A stretch of DNA of 64,000 bases from Candidatus Poribacteria bacterium (GCA_022825665.1 JAJDWI010000013.1:668-64667), one strand, 5' to 3'. Numbered from the stretch's first letter, positions 1-10,363 are shown. Translations and numbers: made by a program. Notes: a model not told the origin generated them from the sequence alone.

Positions 1-972
1 CCAAACACGATTCTTTTGATTAAGTAATTTATTTACAATATCACGGGCTTTCTCATTATCGATCTCTTTATTATCACCGGTTGGTCGCTTAGGTTTAGCA
101 GGATTTCCGTCAAGTTTTATTACTATGTTTTCAGGATGTTCATCATTTTTAAGTAGAAATGGACCGGCTCCACCTGAGAAACCTTTAAATTCTACTGTAA
201 GTGTATAATACCCAGGTTCCTCCCTATATTCTGTAAAATAACCTTCTGCATCTGTGTAACAGTCTGTTCCGTGAGTACCGCCACCCCCGCCAAACTCTCT
301 ACCGTTATGTCGCATAGTAAGGTCTGCTTGGATATTTGCAACAGGCGTGCCATCAGCATAGACTATCTGTGCCCGTATCTTTAGACGTTTCTTAACGGTA
401 ATTTTTACATTTTCAATGTTTGTTCCGGGTTTAAGCTGAAAGGATAAACCTCGTAAATGTGGAGGACCTTCATGTGTATAGAAAAAAGTCACATTATTTA
501 ATCTTATGGAGAGTATCTGATATTCTGACTGTAATCCTTCAAATTGAATCATATCCATACGAATTTGTTCTGCAAGTTTTTGATTGTTGGGATCCATACC
601 TTGTATGGCATTCAACTTCTTCTCAGAAACAGGATTGATATATAAATAGGGACGGATATTGGAAGTACTGAAGTCTCCTTTTGCATCAGTTTTAACCTGT
701 GCCATCTGATGTGGCATTCCTTGATGGTTCATTATATGTGGAGGAATCATAACGCCTTGAGGAAACACCATCTCTGGGTTGTCTGTAGATCGTATGGTAA
801 ATGTGAAGTTAGGCATCGGTTTGCCCTCTACGTCCACAACTTTTCCTGTCAGTCCAATAGTCTTATTGACTTCAGGTTCAACAGGATTTTCTTGAGCAAC
901 ACTCTCCGATAAGAACATAATCAATATGAATAAGATTGTTGCATGTATTTTAATCGTATCGGCAAATTTCAT
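1..972 (-). CDS. Secreted carboxypeptidase-regulatory-like (CarboxypepD_reg) repeat protein, 3'-truncated by the window edge. It is a tandem paralogue of 1006..2289.
   Basis: Not in the ORF track because there is no stop in the window. My translation of the minus strand from the ATG at 972 stays open to position 1 (MKFADTIKIHATILFILIMFLSESVAQENP...LTGKVVDVEGKPMPNFTF...IKLDGNPAKPKRP...NRVW). The N-terminus looks like a signal peptide, and the domain order matches the neighbouring gene. Confidence 0.6.
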   Translation of the reverse strand, partial: MKFADTIKIHATILFILIMFLSESVAQENPVEPEVNKTIGLTGKVVDVEGKPMPNFTFTIRSTDNPEMVFPQGVMIPPHIMNHQGMPHQMAQVKTDAKGDFSTSNIRPYLYINPVSEKKLNAIQGMDPNNQKLAEQIRMDMIQFEGLQSEYQILSIRLNNVTFFYTHEGPPHLRGLSFQLKPGTNIENVKITVKKRLKIRAQIVYADGTPVANIQADLTMRHNGREFGGGGGTHGTDCYTDAEGYFTEYREEPGYYTLTVEFKGFSGGAGPFLLKNDEHPENIVIKLDGNPAKPKRPTGDNKEIDNEKARDIVNKLLNQKNRVW

Positions 973-1005
973 TGGAGTATCTCCTTGTATTGCTTGTTAT
1001 ATGAG

Positions 1006-2289
1006 TTATTCTGAATCTTCTTCTGGCAGTGGTAAACCGATAATAAGATCTTTTTTCTCAAGGATTGCTTGTTCAGTTAATCCTGCGACAGGATTCTCGG
1101 TACGAATCCGTTGCCATTTTCCAGTTACTCCGATGAGTACAGTATATAATTTATCTATGTTCTCTTCGTTTTCAGTTGATCTATCAGTGTCAGAAATCAG
1201 ATTATTGGAATCCCAATTTGTATATGTGAATGGATCACCGTTATCCCATTTTTTATTCTCCAATTCTTCCTCTGCTGTAAATCCAATCCAATAGTTTTCT
1301 TTCCCAAATACAGCAAGTATCCACTCTTGTTCTTCTTTGTCATTGATAGCAATGAGATGGGCATTTTGAGTTTTTGCGATAGCGATAGCATCTTCTGGAG
1401 ATTGACATTGGATTTTTCTATATGCATGCCTATTAGCAGGGTTAATTGCCCACACACCTTCCCTTTGACGTTTAAAAACAGCCTGCATACGTTCAGGATC
1501 AGGTGGTATGTGTGCAGGTTGTTTTTGGATATTAGGTTTCTGAGGTTGTATTTTTTCGTCAAAGGTCAATGTCAGTCCATCCATTCTTTGACCTTGTTCA
1601 AGCAATATCTCTTTGGATTCTACGGTCTGTCCTTGATATGTTACAGAAATGGTATAATGAGCAGGTGAATCGACATAACGTGTAAATCCGCCTTTTTCAT
1701 CAAGTGTTTGAGTTCCACCGCTACTTCCTCTACCTGAGCCATTTATGCTTCGACTTTTTACCATAAGGTTCACGTTTGCATTGCTCAAAGGTGTGCCGTC
1801 AGCAGCAAGCACCTGACCACGGATTCTCATCCGAAGTCGGACGGTAAACTTAACCTTTATTTCATCTGTTTCTTCTTCAATTCCGAATGGAAATCCATCT
1901 AACCAATGAAACTGATGTCGATGGACATTGAATCTTATGCCTTGAATTTCAATTGAGCGAATTTCATAGTCTTCTTCACCTCCTAAAGACAAGTTTAATA
2001 GATTTATTGAAGGAGAGGTGATGTTTTCTATAGTGAAAGCACCTGTTGCGTCAGTATTACTCGGTTGAAGCGGTGGGAAGATTTGTTCATTCATACGCAT
2101 ATGCCGTCTACCATGTAGCAGTTTCCCTTTATATGACATTATGCTGACAACAATATCTTCCACAGGATTTCCGTTTTCGTCTACAATCTTTCCTGTAATC
2201 TTTGATGCTTGTGTCTCAAAGGATATTGCAGATAGGAATACTAAACTTACTAAGAGAACAAAATAGTGAGTAATGTGAGATTTTTTCAT
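1006..2289 (-). CDS. Secreted CarboxypepD_reg-repeat protein with a C-terminal C-type lectin-like domain
   Basis: 427-aa ORF with signal peptide MKKSHITHYFVLLVSLVFLSAISF. Beta-sandwich repeat signatures are ITGKIVDENGNPVEDIVV and IRGQVLAADGTPLSNANV. The C-terminus has a CTLD-like pattern: AHLIAINDKEEQEWI..YWIGF..KWDNGDPFTYTNW. Confidence 0.7.
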   Translation of the reverse strand: MKKSHITHYFVLLVSLVFLSAISFETQASKITGKIVDENGNPVEDIVVSIMSYKGKLLHGRRHMRMNEQIFPPLQPSNTDATGAFTIENITSPSINLLNLSLGGEEDYEIRSIEIQGIRFNVHRHQFHWLDGFPFGIEEETDEIKVKFTVRLRMRIRGQVLAADGTPLSNANVNLMVKSRSINGSGRGSSGGTQTLDEKGGFTRYVDSPAHYTISVTYQGQTVESKEILLEQGQRMDGLTLTFDEKIQPQKPNIQKQPAHIPPDPERMQAVFKRQREGVWAINPANRHAYRKIQCQSPEDAIAIAKTQNAHLIAINDKEEQEWILAVFGKENYWIGFTAEEELENKKWDNGDPFTYTNWDSNNLISDTDRSTENEENIDKLYTVLIGVTGKWQRIRTENPVAGLTEQAILEKKDLIIGLPLPEEDSE

Positions 2290-2469
2290 TGGGGTGACCT
2301 CTCAATTAAATTATGGTAAGTATATGGTGTTGAGTTAGTGTTTTAATTATACCATAGTCAAATTACTATTGACAACATCATCGTACAAAGGCATTTAATG
2401 AAATCTGTCCCTACAATGCAGACAAGACAGGTGAGAAAGTCTTGATCCTACAGCGGAGATATGTGTTTT

Positions 2470-2511
2470 GTCTGAACCGGGATTTTCAGGATTACAGGAT
2501 TACAGGATTGG
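2470..2511 (+). repeat. Solo arm of the gtctgaacc / (acaggatt)n repeat family. Related arms lie at 31271..31310 and 31391..31430.
   Basis: The sequence gtctgaaccgggattttcaggattacaggattacaggatt matches both arms of the 31271..31430 inverted-repeat element by eye. Confidence 0.6.
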
Positions 2512-2572
2512 AGTTTGGGGTATTGTAGTCCATTTCATAGGATAATAAGATATTGTGGCGTTGGTGCGGAAT

Positions 2573-2599
2573 GGCACAAACTGGAAAGTTTGTGCTACG
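2573..2599 (-). repeat. REP-like GTAG + hairpin element
   Basis: The reverse complement reads cGTAGcacaaactttccagtttgtgcc, an 8-bp stem (cacaaact/agtttgtg) directly 3' of GTAG. Confidence 0.55.
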
Positions 2600-2604
2600 A
2601 ATAT

Positions 2605-2629
2605 CGGGCGGGGAAACCCCGCCCCTACG
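2605..2629 (-). repeat. REP-like GTAG + GC-rich hairpin (class B)
   Basis: The reverse complement is cGTAGgggcggggtttccccgcccg. The same sequence occurs at 29491..29515, with close variants at 29304, 29453 and 29549. Confidence 0.7.
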
Positions 2630-2753
2630 ATATGTGCATGGGATAATTGACATAGTACAAAAGTTGGTTCCAACCTATATTACTCTATATTGAGATGTGA
2701 AAAATAAAGATGAAAACCGAAAATTCATAAAGTTTCAACTGGATTAATCAATA

Positions 2754-2782
2754 TTGACTTGAGATAGTAGATGTGATATAAT
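2754..2782 (+). promoter_or_regulatory. Candidate sigma70 promoter for argS
   Basis: TTGACT, a 17-nt spacer, then TATAAT, about 57 nt upstream of the argS ATG. Confidence 0.4.
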
Positions 2783-2838
2783 TCCTTCATTGCAATTTAT
2801 AGATAACTCATAGAAAATACAAATCTGGTTACTCAAAT

Positions 2839-4548
2839 ATGGATGGAATCAAAGAAGAAATAAATAATATCTTAGAGGGTGCGATACGCAAAGCAATCGA
2901 GATAGGTGAACTTGAAATATCTGAAGTGCCAACAATCCCGTTTTCACCAACTAAGACTCCTGAACACGGTGACTTAGCAACCCCCGTTGCATTAGGTTTA
3001 GCAAAACAAGCGAAGCTGCCACCAAAACAGATAGCAGAAACCATCAAAAAACATGTCGATTTGGATGAACACCCGATCATTCGCAATATTGAAATTGCAG
3101 GACCGGGTTTTCTTAATGTCTACTTGTCTAATGATTGGTTGTTTGAAACACTCTTACTCATAAATGAATTAAGACACAATTATGGCACTTTTGATAAAGG
3201 TAAAGGGAAACGGATACAGATTGAATTTGTCAGTGCAAATCCAACTGGTCCGCTGAATATAGTTAGTGGACGCGCAGCTGCAGTAGGTGATACCCTTGTA
3301 AATCTGTTGAACGCAGTCGGTTTTGATGCTGTCCGTGAATATTACGTCAATGATGCAGGTGGACAAGTTGAGAAACTTGGAGAATCAATAGATATTCGCT
3401 ATAGACAAGCATTAGGTGAAGAGAAGTTAGAAATCCCAGAAGGTGGGTATCAAGGGGAGTACGTGCAGGAATTTGCTGAAGCCATTGTTGATGAAAATGG
3501 AGATGACCACCTTAAACTTAGTCAAGATGAACGTATAGCATATTTCCGAGATATTGGTATTGAATATCTACTTGGACAACAAAAAGCTTCATTGGAACGT
3601 TTTAGGGTTTGTTTTGATGTCTGGTCAAGTGAAAAAGCAATCCGTGAAAGTGGTAAACCCGAAGAAATCATAGAGATGTTTCGTGAAAAGAAATACCTAT
3701 ATGAAGCGGATGGGGCAACATGGTTTCGGATGACTGATTTTGGTGACGACAAGGATTGTGTCGTAATCAGAACAAGTGGCGAATATACCTATTTCGTTCC
3801 AGATGCAGCATATCACCGTGATAAATACGACCGTGGATTTCATAAGGTTATTGATCTCTTTGGTCCAGACCATCAAGGTCATGTTTTCCGACTCAAGAAC
3901 TTTGTAAAAGCACTCGGTTTAGAGGATGATTGGTTAGAAGTTGACATTATACAGCAAGTTAACCTTGTTGACTCTGATGGCACACGATTGGATATGTCAA
4001 AACGGAGTGGACAATTCTTCACACTTGATTCACTGATTGACGAACTGGCAGATGCAGTCGGAGAACAGTTTGCTGTCGATGTAGCACGTTATTTCTTCCT
4101 CATGCGTGCGAATAATACACACTTGGATTTCAATGTTGAATTGGCTATTACACAAGCAAATGAGAATCCAGTATTCTACATACAGTACGCACATGCGCGC
4201 TGCTGTAGCATTTTTCAACAAGCAAAAGAGCAACAGATAAAGTTAAGGTCCCTTGACGATATTGATCTGGAATATCTTACTGAACCTTCTGAACATGAAC
4301 TTATTCGAAAATTGGCTGAATATCCATCAATTGTCTTGTCAAGCGCGGAGGGACGAGAAGCACATCGTATTCCACATTATCTGCATGAATTATCAGGACT
4401 GTTCCATCCATTTTACAATCAACATCGTGTCTTAGATACCGATAATATGGATAGAACACAAGCAAGACTTATCCTTATCCAAAGTGTGCAAACAGTGTTA
4501 GCAAATGGCTTGAGACTGATAGGTATTTCTGTGCCTGAATCAATGTAA
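2839..4548 (+). CDS. argS: Arginine--tRNA ligase
   Basis: 569 aa with a class I aaRS layout. It has an N-terminal Arg-tRNA-synthetase-type domain, an SANPTGPLNIVSGR HIGH-region variant, and a C-terminal DALR-type anticodon-binding region ending ..RLIGISVPESM. Confidence 0.93.
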   Translation: MDGIKEEINNILEGAIRKAIEIGELEISEVPTIPFSPTKTPEHGDLATPVALGLAKQAKLPPKQIAETIKKHVDLDEHPIIRNIEIAGPGFLNVYLSNDWLFETLLLINELRHNYGTFDKGKGKRIQIEFVSANPTGPLNIVSGRAAAVGDTLVNLLNAVGFDAVREYYVNDAGGQVEKLGESIDIRYRQALGEEKLEIPEGGYQGEYVQEFAEAIVDENGDDHLKLSQDERIAYFRDIGIEYLLGQQKASLERFRVCFDVWSSEKAIRESGKPEEIIEMFREKKYLYEADGATWFRMTDFGDDKDCVVIRTSGEYTYFVPDAAYHRDKYDRGFHKVIDLFGPDHQGHVFRLKNFVKALGLEDDWLEVDIIQQVNLVDSDGTRLDMSKRSGQFFTLDSLIDELADAVGEQFAVDVARYFFLMRANNTHLDFNVELAITQANENPVFYIQYAHARCCSIFQQAKEQQIKLRSLDDIDLEYLTEPSEHELIRKLAEYPSIVLSSAEGREAHRIPHYLHELSGLFHPFYNQHRVLDTDNMDRTQARLILIQSVQTVLANGLRLIGISVPESM

Positions 4549-4570
4549 TCTGTATTGGAGGTTTCCTTCT

Positions 4571-5923
4571 ATGGATAATAATTACAAAGAAATAGATAAG
4601 TCCTATGTTTGGCATCCACTGTTCCAGCACCAACGTTTGGAAGAAACGGACTTGATGGTTTTTAAATCAGCACACGGAACAACAGTTGTAGATGAGGATG
4701 GACGCGAATATTTAGATGCATATTCCGCTCTCTGGAATGTAAATGTTGGATACGGAAGAAAAGAAATCGCAGATGCTGTATATGCACAGATACAAGAATT
4801 ACCCTATTATCCACACTCACAAATTAATGTTCCTGCTACTGAGTTGGCTGAAAAGTTAGCGAAATGTCTCCCGGGTGATCTGAATCATGTGTATTTTTGC
4901 AACAGTGGATCTGAAGCGAATGAAACTGCAATTAAGATTGCAAGACAGTATGGTAGGCAAACCTATCCAAGTGAAAATCGCTACAAGATAATCAGTCGAT
5001 ATCGAGGATATCATGGTTTTACTTATGGAGCCATGTCTGCAACTGGACAGGTACGTAGAAAGAAAGCATTTGAACCATTAGTACCAGGCTTCCATCACGC
5101 GAGTCCTCCCTACTGCTATAGGTGTCCACTCGGTTTGGATTACAAATCGTGTAATTTGGCGTGTGTAGATGAGATTGAACGTATCATTTTATCAGAAGGT
5201 GTTGAAACTGTAATTGCCGTCATTGCTGAACCTATTATTGGGGGAGGTGGTGTAATCGTACCGTCAGACGATTATTTCCCAAAATTGCGGGAAATCTGTG
5301 ATAAATACGGGTTATTACTTATCCTTGATGAAGTCATTACCGGTTTCGGTAGGACAGGAAAGATGTTTGCCTGTGAACATTGGGATATTCAACCTGATAT
5401 TATCACACTTGCTAAAGGGTTGACAAGTGGTTATATCCCTCTCGGTGCGTGCGTTACATCCACCACCGTATTCAATACCTTTTTAGGTGAAGCAGATGAA
5501 AATAGAGAGTTTGCACAAGTCTGTACTTACGGTGGACATCCGGTAGCATGCGCCGCAGGTGTTGCTAATCTGAAAATACTACAGGAAGAACGACTCTGGG
5601 AAAACGCTGAGAAAGTTGGAACATATTTACTTGAAAAACTCAAGACCTTAGAAACTATACAAAACGTCGGTGAAGTACGTGGAAAAGGTTTAATGATAGC
5701 AGTTGAACTTATTAATACAGATAAAACACAACTCAGTACATCAGATACTAATAAAATCGTAGGACAGTTGAAAGAAAAAGGGATAATTGTTGGGAAAATT
5801 GGTCATGCTGTTGATGAACCAGAGAACATCATTTATATAGCACCCCCTCTAATTCTGACTGAAACGGAAGCAGATTTAATTTTTAATACATTACGCGAGG
5901 TACTTATCCAGTATAATTTTTAG
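4571..5923 (+). CDS. Class III PLP-dependent aminotransferase (omega-transaminase family)
   Basis: 450 aa. Motifs are NSGSEANETAIKIAR, LILDEVITGFGRTGKMFACEHW and the Schiff-base lysine context TLAKGLTSGY. Confidence 0.9.
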   Translation: MDNNYKEIDKSYVWHPLFQHQRLEETDLMVFKSAHGTTVVDEDGREYLDAYSALWNVNVGYGRKEIADAVYAQIQELPYYPHSQINVPATELAEKLAKCLPGDLNHVYFCNSGSEANETAIKIARQYGRQTYPSENRYKIISRYRGYHGFTYGAMSATGQVRRKKAFEPLVPGFHHASPPYCYRCPLGLDYKSCNLACVDEIERIILSEGVETVIAVIAEPIIGGGGVIVPSDDYFPKLREICDKYGLLLILDEVITGFGRTGKMFACEHWDIQPDIITLAKGLTSGYIPLGACVTSTTVFNTFLGEADENREFAQVCTYGGHPVACAAGVANLKILQEERLWENAEKVGTYLLEKLKTLETIQNVGEVRGKGLMIAVELINTDKTQLSTSDTNKIVGQLKEKGIIVGKIGHAVDEPENIIYIAPPLILTETEADLIFNTLREVLIQYNF

Positions 5924-6754
5924 TTGATGTTTCTTGGCAATTGGAATCTTGTCGGGATTTGTTGCGATTGCATATTGTAAGGCATTAGCACATGCACAAT
6001 TGCGTTCCTCATCAATCATTTTGGATACCATATTCTTTACAATCTGTTTTGATACTTCTACATTAGACTTTAGATTTTCCAATATCATCTCAGTTGTAAC
6101 GTTATCATGTTCAGTGTGCCAACAGTCATAATCAGTTGAACAAGCGAGGATTGCATAACACATTTCTGCTTCACGGGCAAGTTTTGCTTCCGGTGCAGCT
6201 GTCATGCCGATAATATCAAAACCGAGGTGTCTATAAACATTGGATTCTGCTTGCGTGGAGAAACCAGGACCTTCCATACAGATATATGTGCCACCATTAT
6301 GAACATGTGCACCGACTTCTTTTGCAGCATCATATATTCGACTGCTTAGGTGTGTACAAAACGGGTGTGCCATGCTAATGTGTGTAGCGATACCGTCTCC
6401 AAAAAAGGTAGAGATACGGTTCTTTGTGTGATCGTAAAGTTGATCAGGTACAACAAAATGACGGGGTTCAATTTCCTGTTTCAGGCTACCTACAGCACTA
6501 ACAGAAATAATCGTTTCTACCCCAAGAGATTTTAATGCATATATATTTGCCCGGACATTAATATCTGCAGGAAGAAGAGGATGACCGACCCCATGTCTTG
6601 GTAAAAAGACAACTTGGTGTCCTTCAAGATTTCCCTGAATAAACGCATCACTTGGTTTACCAAAAGGGGTATCAATTTCTATATTTTTTATATCTGATAA
6701 GCCTTCAATCTGATAAAAACCACTGCCACCTATTATGCCTATTTTGACATGCAT
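5891..6754 (-). CDS. mtnP: S-methyl-5'-thioadenosine phosphorylase
   Basis: 287 aa. Motifs are IGIIGGSGFY, PFGKPSD, VVFLPRHGVGH and IISVSAVGSL, typical of MTAP-type PNP/UDP phosphorylases. Its 3' end overlaps the convergent aminotransferase gene by 33 nt. Confidence 0.9.
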   Translation of the reverse strand: MHVKIGIIGGSGFYQIEGLSDIKNIEIDTPFGKPSDAFIQGNLEGHQVVFLPRHGVGHPLLPADINVRANIYALKSLGVETIISVSAVGSLKQEIEPRHFVVPDQLYDHTKNRISTFFGDGIATHISMAHPFCTHLSSRIYDAAKEVGAHVHNGGTYICMEGPGFSTQAESNVYRHLGFDIIGMTAAPEAKLAREAEMCYAILACSTDYDCWHTEHDNVTTEMILENLKSNVEVSKQIVKNMVSKMIDEERNCACANALQYAIATNPDKIPIAKKHQLKIILDKYLA

Positions 6755-6805
6755 TTATATCTATACTCCAAAGGAAAGCAATACCTATTGCGAAATTAAA
6801 TAACT

Positions 6806-7627
6806 ATGACATTGTTACAATGTGGAAATTGGATTCTTGAAGGTAAGTCCAGTTCAGCGGTCGCGACTTATATTCGGATAAAGGAATTAGATCTGATATT
6901 CGATTTGGGCAGATGTCCAATGCGTTTTATCGGAACTAACCATATATTTATATCACATTTTCATCTTGACCATTATTTTGGGTTACCGATTTATATTAGT
7001 CAACGTTGGCTTGCTGGTATGCCACCCGGTAATATTTTTGTACCGCAGAATGGACATAAACAATTGCGGAACATTCTGAACAAAATATCTTCATTAGATA
7101 GAGGTAAGGAATGGGGTTATCAACTAACACCAGTAGAGGTTGGAGATACTATCCATTTTCGTCAGAATTTAGTTGCTCATATCTTACCTGGGAATCACAG
7201 TGTACCCGCGGTTTCCTTCCTAATATGTGAAATTCGCAAAAAACTGAAGCCTGAATACCGAAATTTATCTGAAAGAGAAATCGTGGCACTCAAGCATTCG
7301 GGAGTTGAAATTACGAATGAAGTACAATTACCTTTAGTCGCATATTTAGGAGACACCCGCGGTATTTCTGTTGATTCACACCCATTGTTCAAGAAATGCA
7401 AACTATTGATATGTGAATGTACATTTATAACACCTGAACATAGAGAACGAGCAAAGAGAACGAAACATTTACATCTGGATATGATACCCACTCTCTTAGA
7501 AGAATTTGAGAGCGAACACATCGTTCTAAATCACTTTTCACGCCGTTACACTCCGGAATTTATCCGTCACGAAGTATATAAAAGGCTGCCTACCTCTGAA
7601 CATTTACGGGTTAAACTGTTATTGTAG
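6806..7627 (+). CDS. MBL-fold metallo-hydrolase (RNase Z-like)
   Basis: 273 aa with the HxHxDH motif in HIFISHFHLDHYFG. Confidence 0.75.
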   Translation: MTLLQCGNWILEGKSSSAVATYIRIKELDLIFDLGRCPMRFIGTNHIFISHFHLDHYFGLPIYISQRWLAGMPPGNIFVPQNGHKQLRNILNKISSLDRGKEWGYQLTPVEVGDTIHFRQNLVAHILPGNHSVPAVSFLICEIRKKLKPEYRNLSEREIVALKHSGVEITNEVQLPLVAYLGDTRGISVDSHPLFKKCKLLICECTFITPEHRERAKRTKHLHLDMIPTLLEEFESEHIVLNHFSRRYTPEFIRHEVYKRLPTSEHLRVKLLL

Positions 7628-7699
7628 TATATCACTGTCTGAAGGATATATTGATAGATTCGGTATTCCATCCTTATTTGACACAACCAAGAATCTATT

Positions 7700-7734
7700 C
7701 GTAGGTTGGATTGTAATACCTAACCCAACCTACG
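7700..7734. repeat. Palindromic GTAG hairpin between convergent genes (REP-like, possible bidirectional terminator)
   Basis: cGTAGgttgg-attgtaatacctaac-ccaacCTACg forms a 10-bp perfect stem. It lies between the stop at 7627 (+) and the stop at 7795 (-). Confidence 0.6.
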
Positions 7735-7794
7735 TAACACAGTTTCCATATAGTTATGACTATTTTTTTGATAGTCATATACCAACAAATTACT

Positions 7795-9198
7795 CTAATT
7801 TCCTGATTCTGGGTGTGAATTTGGATCTTGGTCAGATGTGCCAGCCTCCTGTTCTTCATAGAACATATAACCATCCTCATCTTGGTCCAATTCATATTGG
7901 CGAACGATCTGTTCGGCTTCTCGGAAATGTGGCGTATCACCTTTTGTTATGCTCATATATGCTTTGAAACCTTCATACGCAGCACGGAATTCCCGTATAG
8001 CTCGATAACAGACTGCTTGTTGATAGACACACTCATTCCGCCAAGTGGACTCAGCTGCATTTTGCAGAAGGTCTTCAAAAGCTTGAATGGCACGTTCATA
8101 TTCACCACTTTGCTGATACAGTGAACCGATCTTGTAAAGAGAATCGGCAACAGCAAATTTTTTGTGAGAAAGATCGCGAACTATAGTTTTATTTGTTTCA
8201 ATTGCATTTGGATAGTTACGTAGTTTCTCCCAGTTATTGGCTATCTGTTGGTAATTTTGAACGATTAGATCAGCCTTTCCCTGTATCCATTTTTCAGAGG
8301 GAAGCACATAACGACCAAGTTTTTCATACTCCATCGCTTTTTTGCTTTTATTCCGCTGAATCTCATCTTGAAGTCCCTTGATTTCTTTCAATAAGGCTTC
8401 AGTTTTATTTAATTCAATAATTACCTGCTTGGCTTCAAAAGTATCAGGAAACTTCTGAGCAACTGCTACATACGCACCCCAACCACCAGCATTGGTATAA
8501 TCAAATAATTCGTAGAAGTATAAGTTACCAACTTGAAGTTGGGCTTGTACTGCTTTTTCATGTTCTGGAAACTCAGAAACCATCCGTTCATAAGTTGCAA
8601 TAGCTTGGGGATAATTTTCCAAAGATTCATAAGCTTTAGCAACTTTATATAGGGATTCCCCAGCAATGCTATACGTTTCTTTGGACTGTTCAGTATCATA
8701 TAGTGCTTTATAGTTCTGATAATTTGCTAATTCAGTATCAATTAGTTGTCGGTTTCTACGAATCCGTGCAATCCCACTTTTTGCTTCATTGGCATAATAA
8801 CCAGTGGGGGCAAGTTCAATGATTGCTTGGTAATGTTCGTTAGCTTTATCCCACTCATAATGCTTTGTGTAGATTTTAGCGATTTGATGATGTGCACGTT
8901 GCGCATATTTACCATCGGAATCTTGCTGAATTATCTCAAGATATATAGACCTCGCCCTGTCGTATAGTTTACGTTGTTCGGCTATAGCTTTATCTCTCTG
9001 TTCGGGATCATCAGAATGTATTGATATTGCTTCTGCATCATCAAAGGCATTATCAGCATTCTGGATTTTCGCACTTAACGGGACGAGATTAATGCCTGTA
9101 CCACATCCAACTGTTGCTATGACCAGCACACCGAGTAGTAGAATAATCAGGTAGCTTCGATCTATTCTTAGAACGAAACTGGGTATAAAACGGGTCAT
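7795..9198 (-). CDS. TPR-repeat lipoprotein
   Basis: 467 aa. It has an N-terminal hydrophobic segment ending ..ATVGCG (lipobox-like) and multiple TPR-like Y/A/W-periodic helices. Confidence 0.7.
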   Translation of the reverse strand: MTRFIPSFVLRIDRSYLIILLLGVLVIATVGCGTGINLVPLSAKIQNADNAFDDAEAISIHSDDPEQRDKAIAEQRKLYDRARSIYLEIIQQDSDGKYAQRAHHQIAKIYTKHYEWDKANEHYQAIIELAPTGYYANEAKSGIARIRRNRQLIDTELANYQNYKALYDTEQSKETYSIAGESLYKVAKAYESLENYPQAIATYERMVSEFPEHEKAVQAQLQVGNLYFYELFDYTNAGGWGAYVAVAQKFPDTFEAKQVIIELNKTEALLKEIKGLQDEIQRNKSKKAMEYEKLGRYVLPSEKWIQGKADLIVQNYQQIANNWEKLRNYPNAIETNKTIVRDLSHKKFAVADSLYKIGSLYQQSGEYERAIQAFEDLLQNAAESTWRNECVYQQAVCYRAIREFRAAYEGFKAYMSITKGDTPHFREAEQIVRQYELDQDEDGYMFYEEQEAGTSDQDPNSHPESGN

Positions 9199-9373
9199 CG
9201 TTGTTAATCCTCCTAAGGTATAAATAATGAAAACCTTCCGGTCAGTAAATGAATTACCATAATATTTTAGTTCTACTTTTAGTATAGCAAATTTGCGAAA
9301 ATAGTCAAGAGAAAAGATATATTTATGGTATAAATTAATAATATGAATTTATTTATACTTTCAATAAAACTTA

Positions 9374-9402
9374 TTGACAAATCAGTTTAAAACCTATAAA
9401 AT
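9374..9402 (+). promoter_or_regulatory. Candidate sigma70 promoter
   Basis: TTGACA, 17 nt, then TAAAAT. The ORF-track start at 9374 is the TTG of this -35 box, which argues for the downstream ATG at 9461. Confidence 0.4.
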
Positions 9403-9460
9403 TATTTTATTCAGTAACATTAGTCAGGGAATATGCGAACATAAATATATGGAGGGGAAT

Positions 9461-10363
9461 ATGGCAAACGCAGATTATAAAATAGGGGTTGTCGGTGTTG
9501 GAAGGATGGGTGCAAATATTGCAAGACACCTCAATGACGAAGGATTTAGCGTAGTCGTTGTATATGACGTTGCAAGTGAACGTGCAGAAGAATTGGCAAC
9601 AGAACTTAGTGCAACGGCTGCTAACAAATTATCACAAGTCACCGAACTTGCAGATTACATCATCACGGTTGTAACAGATGACAATGCAATGCGTCAGATA
9701 TACTCCGATGATGCAGAAGATAGTCTGCTTAAAGGAGCATCAGGAAAAGTTTTTATCAATTGTGCTACGTTAAGTCCACAGGTTCATGTAGACATTGAAG
9801 GTCTTGCGAAAAAACATGGTGCTGAAAGTCTTGAAGGATGTATGGCAAGTAGCATTACACAAGCGCGAGAAGGCACGCTTTATCTAATGTGCGGTGGTAA
9901 GAAAGAAACATTTGATAAAGTAAAAACTATTCTGGATTCAATGAGTGTATCGTTACGCTATATCGGTGAAGCTGGTAAAGCAGCTCAGGTCAAAGCACTT
10001 GTTAACATGGTGATGAATATCAACACAGCTGGTCTTGCAGAAGGATTGGGATTAGGAGCTGCCCTTGGTTTGGATCTGGAAATGCTGCAAGAGGTATTCG
10101 CACAAACTGGTGCAAATTCACGTGTTTTAGAAACAGACGGTGAAGATATGCAGATTCGTGATCATGAATGTTATTTTTCTGCTGCACATGCTTCAAAAGA
10201 TTCAGGTATTGCTCTTGACCTTGCAGATGATGCTGGTATCTCTCTACCACTGGCACAAGCTACTAAAGACCAATATGACCGTATGATTGAACAAGGCTTA
10301 GGAGATTTAGACAAGTCCGGAATAGCAGAATTAACCTTCCCCGGACGCGGAAAAAACGCCTAA
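9461..10363 (+). CDS. NAD(P)-dependent oxidoreductase, 3-hydroxyisobutyrate/6-phosphogluconate dehydrogenase-like
   Basis: Rossmann motif IGVVGVGRMGANIA at the N-terminus. The ATG at 9461 is preceded by GGAGGGG (9451-9457). The track ORF 9374..10363 is trimmed accordingly. Confidence 0.8.
   Translation: MANADYKIGVVGVGRMGANIARHLNDEGFSVVVVYDVASERAEELATELSATAANKLSQVTELADYIITVVTDDNAMRQIYSDDAEDSLLKGASGKVFINCATLSPQVHVDIEGLAKKHGAESLEGCMASSITQAREGTLYLMCGGKKETFDKVKTILDSMSVSLRYIGEAGKAAQVKALVNMVMNINTAGLAEGLGLGAALGLDLEMLQEVFAQTGANSRVLETDGEDMQIRDHECYFSAAHASKDSGIALDLADDAGISLPLAQATKDQYDRMIEQGLGDLDKSGIAELTFPGRGKNA

Noticed and set aside
9374-9460. N-terminal extensions proposed by the ORF track, here and at 35970..36080, 37096..37302, 12307..12366, 22724..22744 and 56397..56468.
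   Set aside because: The extensions overlap upstream genes or promoter boxes and lack RBSs. Internal starts have good Shine-Dalgarno sequences and give canonical N-termini: Rossmann motifs, lipoprotein signal peptides, and MTase motif I.
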